NCBI GenBank assembly: GCA_947466225.1
Contig: CANIBL010000003.1
Coordinates: 2,574-66,573, forward strand
DNA: 64,000 bases
Origin: Deltaproteobacteria bacterium
GTDB lineage: Bacteria > Bdellovibrionota_B > Oligoflexia > Oligoflexales > Bog-1112
Reading direction: 5' to 3'
Shown: positions 9,787 to 18,625 of the stretch, one piece after another
Layout: every line of letters begins with the position of its first letter
Position numbering within the stretch: position 1 is the first letter of the stretch
The notes under the pieces: generated by a model
The model's input: only the letters and a program-made list of their open reading frames with translations
Databases searched by the model: none
Told to the model about the DNA's origin: nothing
Position numbers and translations under genes: made by a program

Positions 9787-11268
9787 CGCTACATCAAAGA
9801 CCGTCCCGCGGGAAAGCTCTTCTATAAATCCTGCCTCTACAGCATCCATATCAACATAAATTCTCTCGATAAAAATGCGAGTTTCATCTGATATAATTCG
9901 CGAGTAATCTTCAATAGGCACTACGCGAGGAAACTGAAAATTGTCCTTCTTAATCAGTCGAATTTCGTTTCTACTTTTTCCTCCATTTTCTCTTTTTTTA
10001 AATTTTGTAAGCGGAATACAAAATTTTACTTCCTCAAAACAAACGCCTCTGGAAGAAAGAATTTTCTTTGCCCATGTCATCTCATCTGGATCTGGATCAT
10101 TTTGATTCGAAATTTCGAAAACCCTTTTCCATAATTTTCTTTGAGAGAAAAGATTTCGCATTGTATCCAAAATTCGAGTTTTCTTTTCTCCCTCCTTATT
10201 CTCCTCAGCAAACCTTGACAGATTTTCTTCCAAATTCCATTCATCGATTTTTATATACTCTGAAACAGAGGCTGGCAGGGAAAACCCCGGCAGTTGCCGT
10301 CTCACCCATTGAAGCATGACATCTGCTGCTACGGTTGTTTTATGGGAGTACAATTGCAAATACATTGATTGTCTCGCGCGCAAAAAGTCCTCAAAGGCAG
10401 CCAGACCGGAATATCGAATCGCCAAATGCAAAGAATCCGTCACTTGATCATAGTATAAGGATAAAGAATCCAAAATTCTCTCAATGTCAAATACCCCATA
10501 TACCACGCCGGATTCCTGAGAGTCTCGCCGCAAATAATCCATTCGATCTACATCAATTTCCCCGGAAATTAATTGGTGGCAGAGCAAATACAGATTATTT
10601 TTTTGTAAAGGAGAATGCGATTCTGGTCGTATTTTTGGTCTAATAATCGAAACGACATCTCGTGGATCAATCTTTGACTTAATATCCCCTAATATACGAT
10701 CGATCATCATAATGGTGTAATCTTCATGAGAGGCGGTAGGTAGCGCATCTGCCATCGAAAGAAAATACTCCGAAATATACGCTGGAAGATCGGGATTTTC
10801 TTTCACGATGGCACGATAAGAGGGGAGAAAAACCTCTCCACTATGAGAAAAGGGAGGATGTCCAACATCATGTAGCATCGCAGCCAATCGCAAGGCTTGG
10901 TACACATATTCATCTGAAAACAGCGTTTCTGATTTTTCAAATGCCTCAAATAACGTTCCATGATTTTCTGTTTGCGTCTTTTTTTTCTCTATTACAGAAA
11001 AATGTTCATATCTTTCACATACCGATCGAAGTCGATGCTGATTTTCCTCAATTCGCCTCCAAGCTTTCCCCGCAATATGCATAACACCCAGGGAATGCTC
11101 AAATCGAGTGTGAGTAGCCCCAGGAAAAACAAAGGAAAGGAAGGCCGTTTGCTTGATTCTTCGAAGCCGCTGAAAGGCTGGATGCCCCAAAACCTGGTCT
11201 TCTAGACTCGAAAGTCCAATGCTTCCGTACATATTTTCACGAATTTTCCGTACAATTTGTACCGACAT
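9781..11268 (-). CDS. HD-domain phosphohydrolase, dGTPase/SAMHD1-like dNTP triphosphohydrolase family
   Basis: 495 aa with N-terminal RFEHSLGVMHIAG and LHDVGHPPFSH motifs (the HD metal site) and later DVDRMDYLRRD, as in dNTP triphosphohydrolases. Confidence 0.8.
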   Translation of the reverse strand: MSVQIVRKIRENMYGSIGLSSLEDQVLGHPAFQRLRRIKQTAFLSFVFPGATHTRFEHSLGVMHIAGKAWRRIEENQHRLRSVCERYEHFSVIEKKKTQTENHGTLFEAFEKSETLFSDEYVYQALRLAAMLHDVGHPPFSHSGEVFLPSYRAIVKENPDLPAYISEYFLSMADALPTASHEDYTIMMIDRILGDIKSKIDPRDVVSIIRPKIRPESHSPLQKNNLYLLCHQLISGEIDVDRMDYLRRDSQESGVVYGVFDIERILDSLSLYYDQVTDSLHLAIRYSGLAAFEDFLRARQSMYLQLYSHKTTVAADVMLQWVRRQLPGFSLPASVSEYIKIDEWNLEENLSRFAEENKEGEKKTRILDTMRNLFSQRKLWKRVFEISNQNDPDPDEMTWAKKILSSRGVCFEEVKFCIPLTKFKKRENGGKSRNEIRLIKKDNFQFPRVVPIEDYSRIISDETRIFIERIYVDMDAVEAGFIEELSRGTVFDVAL

Positions 11269-11494
11269 ATAGCCTCCAGCCTATTTGGCGCAACATAAAC
11301 AACCCGCTAATTCTGCTGCATTATATCGCTCATTTATCAATATCTCTCCGCCCCATTTTCTGGTTTATGAGGGTTTTTCTATAAAAATGGCAAAAATCAC
11401 TAAATATTATTCCTGCAATTCCGAGAACTCTTGGGAAGAACAAAGTTGTGCTGAGTGTACATCAAGCACATCATACAACAGAAAGGAGTGTGAA

Positions 11495-11761
11495 ATGGTA
11501 GCCAAAAAACGCAAGAAGGTCGCTCGCAAAAAGGTGGCCAAGAAACGTGCTGTAACAAGAAAGGTTGCTAAAAAGAAAGTAGCCAAAAAGAAAGCCGCTA
11601 AGAAAGTGATCAAAAAAAGAGTCGTAAAGAAAAAAGCCGCTAAGAAAGTAGCTAAAAAGAAAGTAGCTAAAAAGAAAGCCGCTAAGAAAGTGGTGAAAAG
11701 AAAAGTGGCTAAAAAGAAAGTGGCCAGCAAAAGAAGGGTTGTACGAAGCAAAAGAAAGTAA
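11495..11761 (+). CDS. Lysine/alanine-rich histone H1-like basic protein
   Basis: The ATG at 11495 is preceded by AAAGGAG. The 88-aa product is almost entirely K/A/V/R, with reiterated units AKKKVAKKKAAKKV. The long track ORF (from 11285) and the antisense ORF 11407-11826 are by-products of the AAG-rich repeats. Confidence 0.7.
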   Translation: MVAKKRKKVARKKVAKKRAVTRKVAKKKVAKKKAAKKVIKKRVVKKKAAKKVAKKKVAKKKAAKKVVKRKVAKKKVASKRRVVRSKRK

Positions 11762-11776
11762 GATCCCTTACCCTTC

Positions 11777-11816
11777 ATTTCCCCCTTACTGCCTAGACCC
11801 AGCATAAGGGGGAAAT
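11777..11816. terminator. Perfect 12-bp inverted repeat between convergent genes (putative bidirectional terminator)
   Basis: ATTTCCCCCTTA (11777-11788) and TAAGGGGGAAAT (11805-11816) are separated by a 16-nt loop. The hairpin lies between the stop of the H1-like gene (+) and the stop of the 11840-12793 gene (-). There is no clear U-tract. Confidence 0.5.
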
Positions 11817-11839
11817 CCGCCGTCACTTTTACACCACCC

Positions 11840-12793
11840 TTATTGGATCGAAATTTTTACTGGCTTTGTATACTCCCATTGCTCCGATACCAAAGAAAAT
11901 GCTGCCACTCGAATCCAAACAAGGCCTTTTGGTAGATGCGCCACAGTCATCTCGGTTCCCACTGTCTGAAATTCTTGCTGAGGGGAAAAAACCGCAGGAT
12001 CTATGGAATATTGCACTTTATATAATCGAATTTTTTCATCGCCATTCCACACCACATCCACAGAGTCTCCAGAAACAGTGCTTCCCTCTGCAGGAGATGT
12101 GATGAAAATGTTTCGTCTGCTGACAGATTGAATGACAAAGGTACGAATTTCACTTACTCCGAAAGCAGAAACGACCTTCCAATAATAAGTGCCCGGCATA
12201 AGGGATCGATATTCGTACTTGCCAGCTTTTGTCTGATATTCCACTTCAAGCCGTTTTTCTACTTTTGGATCACGAGAAATCATCAATGTAGCAGATTGAG
12301 CCGCATTCCAAGTAAAGACCGGAAATCCCATGGTCCCATCAAGATTCCATTGGCTGTTGTTCTCCGGTTGTAGCAAGACTGGCCCATCTGCAGCTTGTGT
12401 GGAAGCAGCGGTAGGTGCTGCTCTCGCCATCTCGTGATGACTCACGTTCATTTCCCCCGCATCACCACCGTTCGATTTGGCGGTAGCAGGCAAACTGGTT
12501 GACGGAGTCGACTGGTGATGGATTTCTGCTGGGGCTATGGCCTCTTCCTTCATTATAGTTTCAGGGGCGGCTTCTGTTCCTCCATGATCTGTCGCTTCTT
12601 CAGGCTCATATAAAGGCCCTGTGCTTCCAGGCATGGCTTCTGGTTGAGAGTAGAAGTAAAAATAGGCGCCGCCCCCAACCAGTACCCCCAAGATCACAAG
12701 TAGTAGTAGTAGCATCCATTTCTTTTTTCGAGTAGCCCCTTCTATCTCTAGCTCAACGTCATCGTCATTTTGGGAAAATGGATCACCACTCAT
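11840..12793 (-). CDS. Single-pass membrane protein with a Pro/Ala/Thr-rich linker and beta-rich (Ig/FN3-like) C-terminal repeats
   Basis: 317 aa. Acidic N-terminus, TM helix WMLLLLLVILGVLVGGGAYFYFY, a low-complexity linker, then two ~80-aa beta-rich segments. It is the last gene of the co-directional envelope array. Confidence 0.6.
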   Translation of the reverse strand: MSGDPFSQNDDDVELEIEGATRKKKWMLLLLLVILGVLVGGGAYFYFYSQPEAMPGSTGPLYEPEEATDHGGTEAAPETIMKEEAIAPAEIHHQSTPSTSLPATAKSNGGDAGEMNVSHHEMARAAPTAASTQAADGPVLLQPENNSQWNLDGTMGFPVFTWNAAQSATLMISRDPKVEKRLEVEYQTKAGKYEYRSLMPGTYYWKVVSAFGVSEIRTFVIQSVSRRNIFITSPAEGSTVSGDSVDVVWNGDEKIRLYKVQYSIDPAVFSPQQEFQTVGTEMTVAHLPKGLVWIRVAAFSLVSEQWEYTKPVKISIQ

Positions 12794-12838
12794 CTATCGG
12801 TCTCCATATAAGTCAAAATCATTATGGTTCAGTATAAA

Positions 12839-13849
12839 TTATACTGACATTCGGCTTATAAGAACAGCGACCAGCTTCTCTCGATCCAATTCAACCTCGA
12901 GGGGTACCAGATAGACCGGAATCGGAAAATTCTCAAAAATAGCAGGATCTCGATAATAATCTTTCTCGGTTGTGACCAAAGCCTTCGCATCATGAATTCG
13001 GCTGCGTATATCCTCAAAAGAAACACGTTGATGATCGGATACAATATAAATTTCTTTGGAAAAAAAACCCATTTTTTCCAAACCTGAAATAAAATATGAC
13101 GGATTTGCAATTCCACAAAAAACCAATATTTTCTCTGTAGGACACAGCTGTTGTGCCGCATCCCCCAGCAGACAAGGGGACTGCATATGGAAAACAGATT
13201 GGATTGAAGGTTGAGTCGTATAGGTATTCAATCGAATGGCCTCCTCCTCCGAGGGAGCTCCCTCCTCGCAGCGAGTCCAAATCACCAGGTCTGCATATCG
13301 CAATGCCTCCCATGATTCCCGATATAAGGCTCCTTTTTCTCGCATCGAATGGGAATCAATCAACACAATATCGACATCTCGATACATCTGTACATGCTGA
13401 AATCCATCATCCAAAACCCAATGAGTAATCGGCTGAATGGCCTGTGATTGATACCAAATCGCCGCAGCAATTCGATTGGGAGATACAACAACGGGAACAT
13501 GTCCCAATTTGGTAGATAGCATCACCGCTTCATCTGGATAAATCTCATGAGGAAGGTTTTTCTTGTGTGAAATCTTTCCTGCTTGGAATACCGCTATACT
13601 GGATTTTCCTACCCCGCTTCGATATCCCCGGGTTAAAATAGCAGGAAAATGGCCTCTTTCTACCAAGATATGAATGACGATCTCGACTAAGGGCGATTTC
13701 CCCGTACCCCCCGCCGCCAGGTTCCCAATAGAAATACATGGTTCAGACAATCGCGTTACAGACAACAGACCCGAATGATACAAGGCCCTTTTACTGAATG
13801 AGAGCCAATTCCAACATAGATTGAGACAGAAAATCAAAAAACGTTTCAT
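12839..13849 (-). CDS. lpxK: Tetraacyldisaccharide 4'-kinase
   Basis: 336 aa with P-loop SIGNLAAGGTGKSP followed by ILTRGY. Its start overlaps the msbA stop by 4 nt. Confidence 0.85.
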   Translation of the reverse strand: MKRFLIFCLNLCWNWLSFSKRALYHSGLLSVTRLSEPCISIGNLAAGGTGKSPLVEIVIHILVERGHFPAILTRGYRSGVGKSSIAVFQAGKISHKKNLPHEIYPDEAVMLSTKLGHVPVVVSPNRIAAAIWYQSQAIQPITHWVLDDGFQHVQMYRDVDIVLIDSHSMREKGALYRESWEALRYADLVIWTRCEEGAPSEEEAIRLNTYTTQPSIQSVFHMQSPCLLGDAAQQLCPTEKILVFCGIANPSYFISGLEKMGFFSKEIYIVSDHQRVSFEDIRSRIHDAKALVTTEKDYYRDPAIFENFPIPVYLVPLEVELDREKLVAVLISRMSV

Positions 13850-15642
13850 GTATTTTCCACAAAATCTCGATATAGCGGCTCATCCAATAGGGTAAAATGA
13901 GGGCCCTGTAACACTACCTTTCCCTTTTGCACCAGCCAAACTTGATCAAAAAAAGGCAAAGTATCGAGTCGATGCGTTGCAGCGATCAATACTTTTTTTT
14001 CTATTTTCACTTGCTGGATAACCTGAAGCAAAATATCTTTTTCCATACGAGGATCGATAGCAGAAGTCGCCTCATCCCATAACATCACGCATTTTTGTTG
14101 CAGCAAAGAGCGCGCCAATACCAATCGCTGCTTCTGCCCACCGGAAATATTCATATGCAAAGGCTGAATTTCTTCTAAAAGTCCTCGCTCCCATTGTTCA
14201 ACCTCAACTCCCATCTGAACCTGTTGCAAGCTCTGTTGTAAAATCTCGAGGTCTTGTTTCTCTACAAAGAGAGAATTTCCATATTGCAAATTTTCTGCAA
14301 CAGAATCATTGAATAAAAATGGATCCTGGGAAACATAGGCGGTTTCTTTCGCCACCGCAGTCCATTCGACGGTACTCCTCCACTCTACTGGAGCAATTAA
14401 TCCTGCCAATCCTCGCAACAACGTTGATTTTCCCCCACCACTCGAGCCAACCAACGCTATAGACGTACCCGGAGATAAGCAAATTTGGGTTGCATCAATC
14501 CCCTTTCCTTCCCCCATGCAAAAAGAAGCCGCTTCAATCCAAATCGGCAACGTACATGGAATTATTTCATGTGTATCTTGTGTAGAGATTGGCGGCTGTA
14601 ACAAAATCGGCAAACTGCCCTGCAAGGCACCTGTTGTCTCTTTAAACCGACCCAGCTGCTCTCCCAAATTTCGGAGCGGTTTCAAAAAAGCCCCCAATGC
14701 CCCAAAAAAAACAAACAAATTGGATGGGTGAAACCATTGAATGTGCGCACGCGTAGCCAACCAAATCAACCCGGAAAAAACCAAAAATCCCATCAACTCG
14801 ACACAAGGGGCAAAAGAGGCTCTAAGCAAAATTGATTTTTTCACTTCTTGGTAGTAAGCGTCATTGATGGCATAAAATCGTTTTGCCTCTAAAGATTCTC
14901 CCTGCTGAGCTCGAATGAAAGAAAAACGTTTTCGCAACTCCAAGACATAATCCGCAATGAATCCCATTTTTTCTTGAAAAAACTTCGCATAAACAGAAAT
15001 TCTTTCTCCAACACCACCAACCCCTCTTGCCACAAAAGGGCTTATCGCTAGCAGCAGCACAGCAATGGGCCAGTGAATAAAAAACAAGGTAACCAAACAC
15101 GCCACCATAGTAATGGCATCACGCACACAAGCATTCACTACATCCAAAAGTCGGTTCTGCAAATAGATGACATCATTCAGCAAAATGGACATCCACTGCG
15201 CAGAAGTTTTCTTTTTCACCTCCAAATATGGCATTTTCACAATGGAAAGAAATAATCGATCTCGATACTTTTTACAGACATATAAGGCTAAGTCACCGAC
15301 CGACACCTGATACATATAACTAGCAAGCCCTCGACCAAGGGCGAACGCTACCAGCAAAATTGGCAGCAGAACGGCCAGCTGCGCACGCCCCATGCTCATA
15401 TGGGAAAGAGAGGTAGAAAAAACACCACTTTTTTCCGGGAACAAATCAAGAAGAGATACCGTATCGGTTTGTGAGGACAGCAAAATTTGAATAAATGGAC
15501 CTGCCAATACAATCAAAAGGCTTTGAGAGACGGACAATATCACCAACGAGACAACCAAGATCACGACGCTTTTTTTGTGCTCGCGAAACGTCTCAAACAA
15601 AAGACGCAGCAAAAACTGAGGGGCAGAAAGTGTGTTTTTCAT
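13846..15642 (-). CDS. msbA: Lipid A export ABC transporter (fused permease-ATPase), MsbA-like
   Basis: N-terminal 6-TM exporter domain plus an NBD with Walker A GSSGGGKST, signature ISGGQKQRLVLARSL and Walker B VMLWDEATSAID. The ATG at 15642 forms an ATGA overlap with the lpxB stop; the track ORF extends to 15678. Confidence 0.85.
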   Translation of the reverse strand: MKNTLSAPQFLLRLLFETFREHKKSVVILVVSLVILSVSQSLLIVLAGPFIQILLSSQTDTVSLLDLFPEKSGVFSTSLSHMSMGRAQLAVLLPILLVAFALGRGLASYMYQVSVGDLALYVCKKYRDRLFLSIVKMPYLEVKKKTSAQWMSILLNDVIYLQNRLLDVVNACVRDAITMVACLVTLFFIHWPIAVLLLAISPFVARGVGGVGERISVYAKFFQEKMGFIADYVLELRKRFSFIRAQQGESLEAKRFYAINDAYYQEVKKSILLRASFAPCVELMGFLVFSGLIWLATRAHIQWFHPSNLFVFFGALGAFLKPLRNLGEQLGRFKETTGALQGSLPILLQPPISTQDTHEIIPCTLPIWIEAASFCMGEGKGIDATQICLSPGTSIALVGSSGGGKSTLLRGLAGLIAPVEWRSTVEWTAVAKETAYVSQDPFLFNDSVAENLQYGNSLFVEKQDLEILQQSLQQVQMGVEVEQWERGLLEEIQPLHMNISGGQKQRLVLARSLLQQKCVMLWDEATSAIDPRMEKDILLQVIQQVKIEKKVLIAATHRLDTLPFFDQVWLVQKGKVVLQGPHFTLLDEPLYRDFVENT

Positions 15643-16760
15643 AGCGGTACATGCTGAAGAATTTGTTGCGCCGCGCAAGCTGCTGCACCTGAATGAAGAG
15701 AATTTTTTACTAACAGAAATTCTCGCTTCATGTTCATTCGTTTTGTCTCATGATGGAGCAACTCTAGGACCTCTGCCGCAACGGAACTCGCCTCAAAATT
15801 TTGGATAAACTCTTTTACCACCTCTTTATCAGCCAAAATATTCACCAAACTAGCCCAGGTGATTTTCACTTTCCGTTTTGCAATTTTAAATGACAAGGCA
15901 TTCATACGATAAATGACACACATAGGGGTACCCAATAACGCACACTCTAACGTTGCTGTTCCGGAACAAACGATGGCAACATCTGAGACTGCCAATATCT
16001 CCAAGCTCATCCCCTGTAGGAAGCGTACATTTGGTGCGCCAAGAGATAATGCCTCTTGTACCCAAGAAAGAGATAAATTTTGTGCAACCGCAATGATAAA
16101 ATGGAGGCCTGGCTCTTGGCACACCAGGGCCTCTACGATTTCTTTGCAGACCACAGCCAGCTTTTCGATTTCTTCTTTTCGGCTGCCCAGCAGCAAGGAC
16201 ACTACCATATCCTGTGCTGCATATCCCAAATCGGTTTTCTTCGTTTGAATTCGCTCGGTTCGATCGAGAATGGGAGAGCCGATATAAGAAAATGGCACCT
16301 GATGCTGTCGGAAAAATTCCGTTTCAAATGGAAACATCCCCAGCGTAAGCGTGACATTCTCCCGAAGTCGTCTTGCTCGGCCCTCCCCCCAAGCCCATAA
16401 TTTGGGGGCAATATATTGAAAAACGGGAATGTTTCTCAGTCGCAACTTCTCTGCTAACATCAAGTGAAATCCAGGAAAATCAATCAAAATTGCCATAGAA
16501 GGCTGATTTCGATCCACCCAAGCCAAAATTTTTTGCTCCGCTTCCGACAAGGCAGGTAAGCGTTGAAAAACCTCTAAAACCCCCATTACCGTCACAGCTG
16601 ACTGAGGCACCAAGGAGACGGCTCCACATTTCTGCATAGCCTCTCCGCAAATCCCTACAAATGCCAATTCTGTCGCTATTTTTTGAAGCTCACCGATCAA
16701 TTCAGCACCGAGTAAATCTCCAGAAAATTCACCGGCACTGATGAAACAGTACTTCTTCAT
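15639..16760 (-). CDS. lpxB: Lipid-A-disaccharide synthase
   Basis: 373 aa. The N-terminus FISAGEFSGDLLGAELI matches the conserved LpxB start. It sits between lpxA and msbA with 4-nt overlaps. Confidence 0.9.
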   Translation of the reverse strand: MKKYCFISAGEFSGDLLGAELIGELQKIATELAFVGICGEAMQKCGAVSLVPQSAVTVMGVLEVFQRLPALSEAEQKILAWVDRNQPSMAILIDFPGFHLMLAEKLRLRNIPVFQYIAPKLWAWGEGRARRLRENVTLTLGMFPFETEFFRQHQVPFSYIGSPILDRTERIQTKKTDLGYAAQDMVVSLLLGSRKEEIEKLAVVCKEIVEALVCQEPGLHFIIAVAQNLSLSWVQEALSLGAPNVRFLQGMSLEILAVSDVAIVCSGTATLECALLGTPMCVIYRMNALSFKIAKRKVKITWASLVNILADKEVVKEFIQNFEASSVAAEVLELLHHETKRMNMKREFLLVKNSLHSGAAACAAQQILQHVPL

Positions 16761-17587
16761 CTACAAATGCCTCGAGTGCTTTTTTGCAAGAATTCGAGAA
16801 AAGTGGCCTGATATACAGATTCGGGTATTTCTGCCGAAATGCCTTCGATGGCTTGTGTCAACGTGAGGCTGGATTGAAATACCAGCTTGTACATTCTTCG
16901 AATGTTTTCCAACTCAGCTGAGACAAAACCCGCTCGTTTTATGCCTACAACATTGAGGCCTGTCGCACTTGCGTGGTTTCCAGTTACCATGCAAAATGGT
17001 GGCACATCTTGCACCACCATAGAGCCACCGCCAACCATCGCCATTTTTCCAATCTTGACGAATTGATGTACGGCACTACAGCCCCCCACAATAACCCGAT
17101 CTTGAAGCTCTACATGTCCGGCAATCTGAACTGAATTGGCCAAAATGCAGAAATCCCCAATCCAACAGTCATGGGCTACATGGGTAAATGCCATAAAAAG
17201 ATTATCAGACCCCACTACGGTCTTACCGCCGCCGCCCTTCGTACCCACAGAGATATTGCAGTACTCCCGAAATGCATTTCGCTCTCCACAGACAAGGGAA
17301 GTTTCCTCACCCTCAAATTTTTTGTCTTGTGGCACCATTCCAATGGTAGCAAAAGAAGAAATTTGGCTATGAGCCCCAATGGTAGTTCTACCCTGCACCA
17401 CCGCATGGCTTGCAATCTCAACATGATCCCCAAGTGCGACATGAGGGCCAATTACAGCAAAAGGGCCTATTTTGACCCCTATACCCAATGTTGCCGATGT
17501 AGCGATAACTGCTGTCGGGTGAATCTCCGTCTCAGTACCCAATCCAGGCTCCCTTTTTACTATTTTAAATACGCAGAAAATTCGCAC
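16757..17587 (-). CDS. lpxA: Acyl-ACP--UDP-N-acetylglucosamine O-acyltransferase
   Basis: Left-handed beta-helix hexapeptide repeats beginning IHPTAVIA..., then a C-terminal helical domain. The true start is probably downstream of 17587 (a TTG at codon 16), because the track start overlaps fabZ by 28 nt. Confidence 0.88.
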   Translation of the reverse strand: MRIFCVFKIVKREPGLGTETEIHPTAVIATSATLGIGVKIGPFAVIGPHVALGDHVEIASHAVVQGRTTIGAHSQISSFATIGMVPQDKKFEGEETSLVCGERNAFREYCNISVGTKGGGGKTVVGSDNLFMAFTHVAHDCWIGDFCILANSVQIAGHVELQDRVIVGGCSAVHQFVKIGKMAMVGGGSMVVQDVPPFCMVTGNHASATGLNVVGIKRAGFVSAELENIRRMYKLVFQSSLTLTQAIEGISAEIPESVYQATFLEFLQKSTRGICR

Positions 17588-17988
17588 GTAGCTACAATAT
17601 GAGAGTCTACCGTTGCCACCCCTTTAAACCAAAAGAAGGGTTCTCGTTTTTTGAGAAGCGTCACCTCATACTGTAACACATCCCCGATTTCCACTTTTCT
17701 TTTAAATCGGGTATGGGTGACCTCGGTTAATAAGGTTTCTTGCTCCGTATTTTCACTGCTATAGCTCCCCAAAATACCGCTTGCTTGTGCAAGCCCCTCA
17801 ATAATTAATACACCAGGAAAGACCGGGTGATGCGGAAAGTGCCCCTGTAAGATCAAGTCAGAAGCGGATATGTTCTTGGTGGCAATAATAGAGAGGCCTT
17901 TTTCCAAAGAAAGCACTCGGTCTACAAACAAAAATGGATATCGATGGGGGATATACTTTTGAATCTCGTGGATATCCATGATATGCAT
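17560..17988 (-). CDS. fabZ: 3-hydroxyacyl-ACP dehydratase
   Basis: 142 aa with IPHRYPFLFVDRV and GHFPHHPVFPGVLIIEGLAQ hot-dog motifs. Confidence 0.92.
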   Translation of the reverse strand: MHIMDIHEIQKYIPHRYPFLFVDRVLSLEKGLSIIATKNISASDLILQGHFPHHPVFPGVLIIEGLAQASGILGSYSSENTEQETLLTEVTHTRFKRKVEIGDVLQYEVTLLKKREPFFWFKGVATVDSHIVATCEFSAYLK

Positions 17989-18014
17989 ACAGCCCTCTTT
18001 CCAAAGTCAGAACA

Positions 18015-18614
18015 TTATTTTTTCGCAGTAGCACCAGGACCAGCAGCAACACCTGCAGTGGTTCCAGCACCTGGGCCGGCTGGCGGTGTTAGATCTTGCG
18101 GTTTATAGGCGCTAATGACACGCGGAGTAATATCTACAGGATTTTTTGCATAAATCAATCCAGAGCTACCGGCTTCAAAAATAAAGTCGAAATTTTCTTT
18201 CTTTGCAATTTCGTGGGAAAGCTTGCTTGCTGTTATAGCAATCTTTTGTGTGGCTTGCATCTCTTGCCCTTTGACTTGCTCTTGAAATTGACCTTGGGCA
18301 CTCATCAAGTCATATTTCTTTTTCTCTAGCTCTTTCTCTTTCTCCATACGAGCCTCTTTGCTCAAGAGAGAAGCGGGACTATCCAACTCTTGAATTTGCT
18401 TTTTCAACTGTTCTCGCTGTTTTTTAAACTCTTCCTCTTTGTCTCGCACCAATTTTTCGAGCTTTTGCCGGGCTTGTTTTCCTTCTTCTACAGTCAGAAT
18501 CACCCGTTGAACATCCAACACGCCCACCTTAAGTTCGGCTTGAACCACAGCAGAAACCAGAACCAAAAAACCGAGGAGCATACCTTTTACTTGCTTCATT
18601 TTTCTTCCTATCAA
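18015..18614 (-). CDS. skp: Periplasmic chaperone Skp/OmpH family
   Basis: A signal peptide followed by a long Lys/Glu/Gln-rich coiled-coil region. The canonical position is immediately downstream of bamA. The likely start is the MKQVKG... ATG at 18599. Confidence 0.78.
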   Translation of the reverse strand: MIGRKMKQVKGMLLGFLVLVSAVVQAELKVGVLDVQRVILTVEEGKQARQKLEKLVRDKEEEFKKQREQLKKQIQELDSPASLLSKEARMEKEKELEKKKYDLMSAQGQFQEQVKGQEMQATQKIAITASKLSHEIAKKENFDFIFEAGSSGLIYAKNPVDITPRVISAYKPQDLTPPAGPGAGTTAGVAAGPGATAKK

Positions 18615-18625
18615 AAACGTCCGGA

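Noticed and set aside
11407-11826. 139-aa reverse-strand ORF rich in Phe/Leu/Ala/Thr
   Set aside because: It is the mirror image of the AAG/AAA-rich H1-like gene (Lys codons read as Phe/Leu on the other strand). This is a repeat artefact, not a gene.
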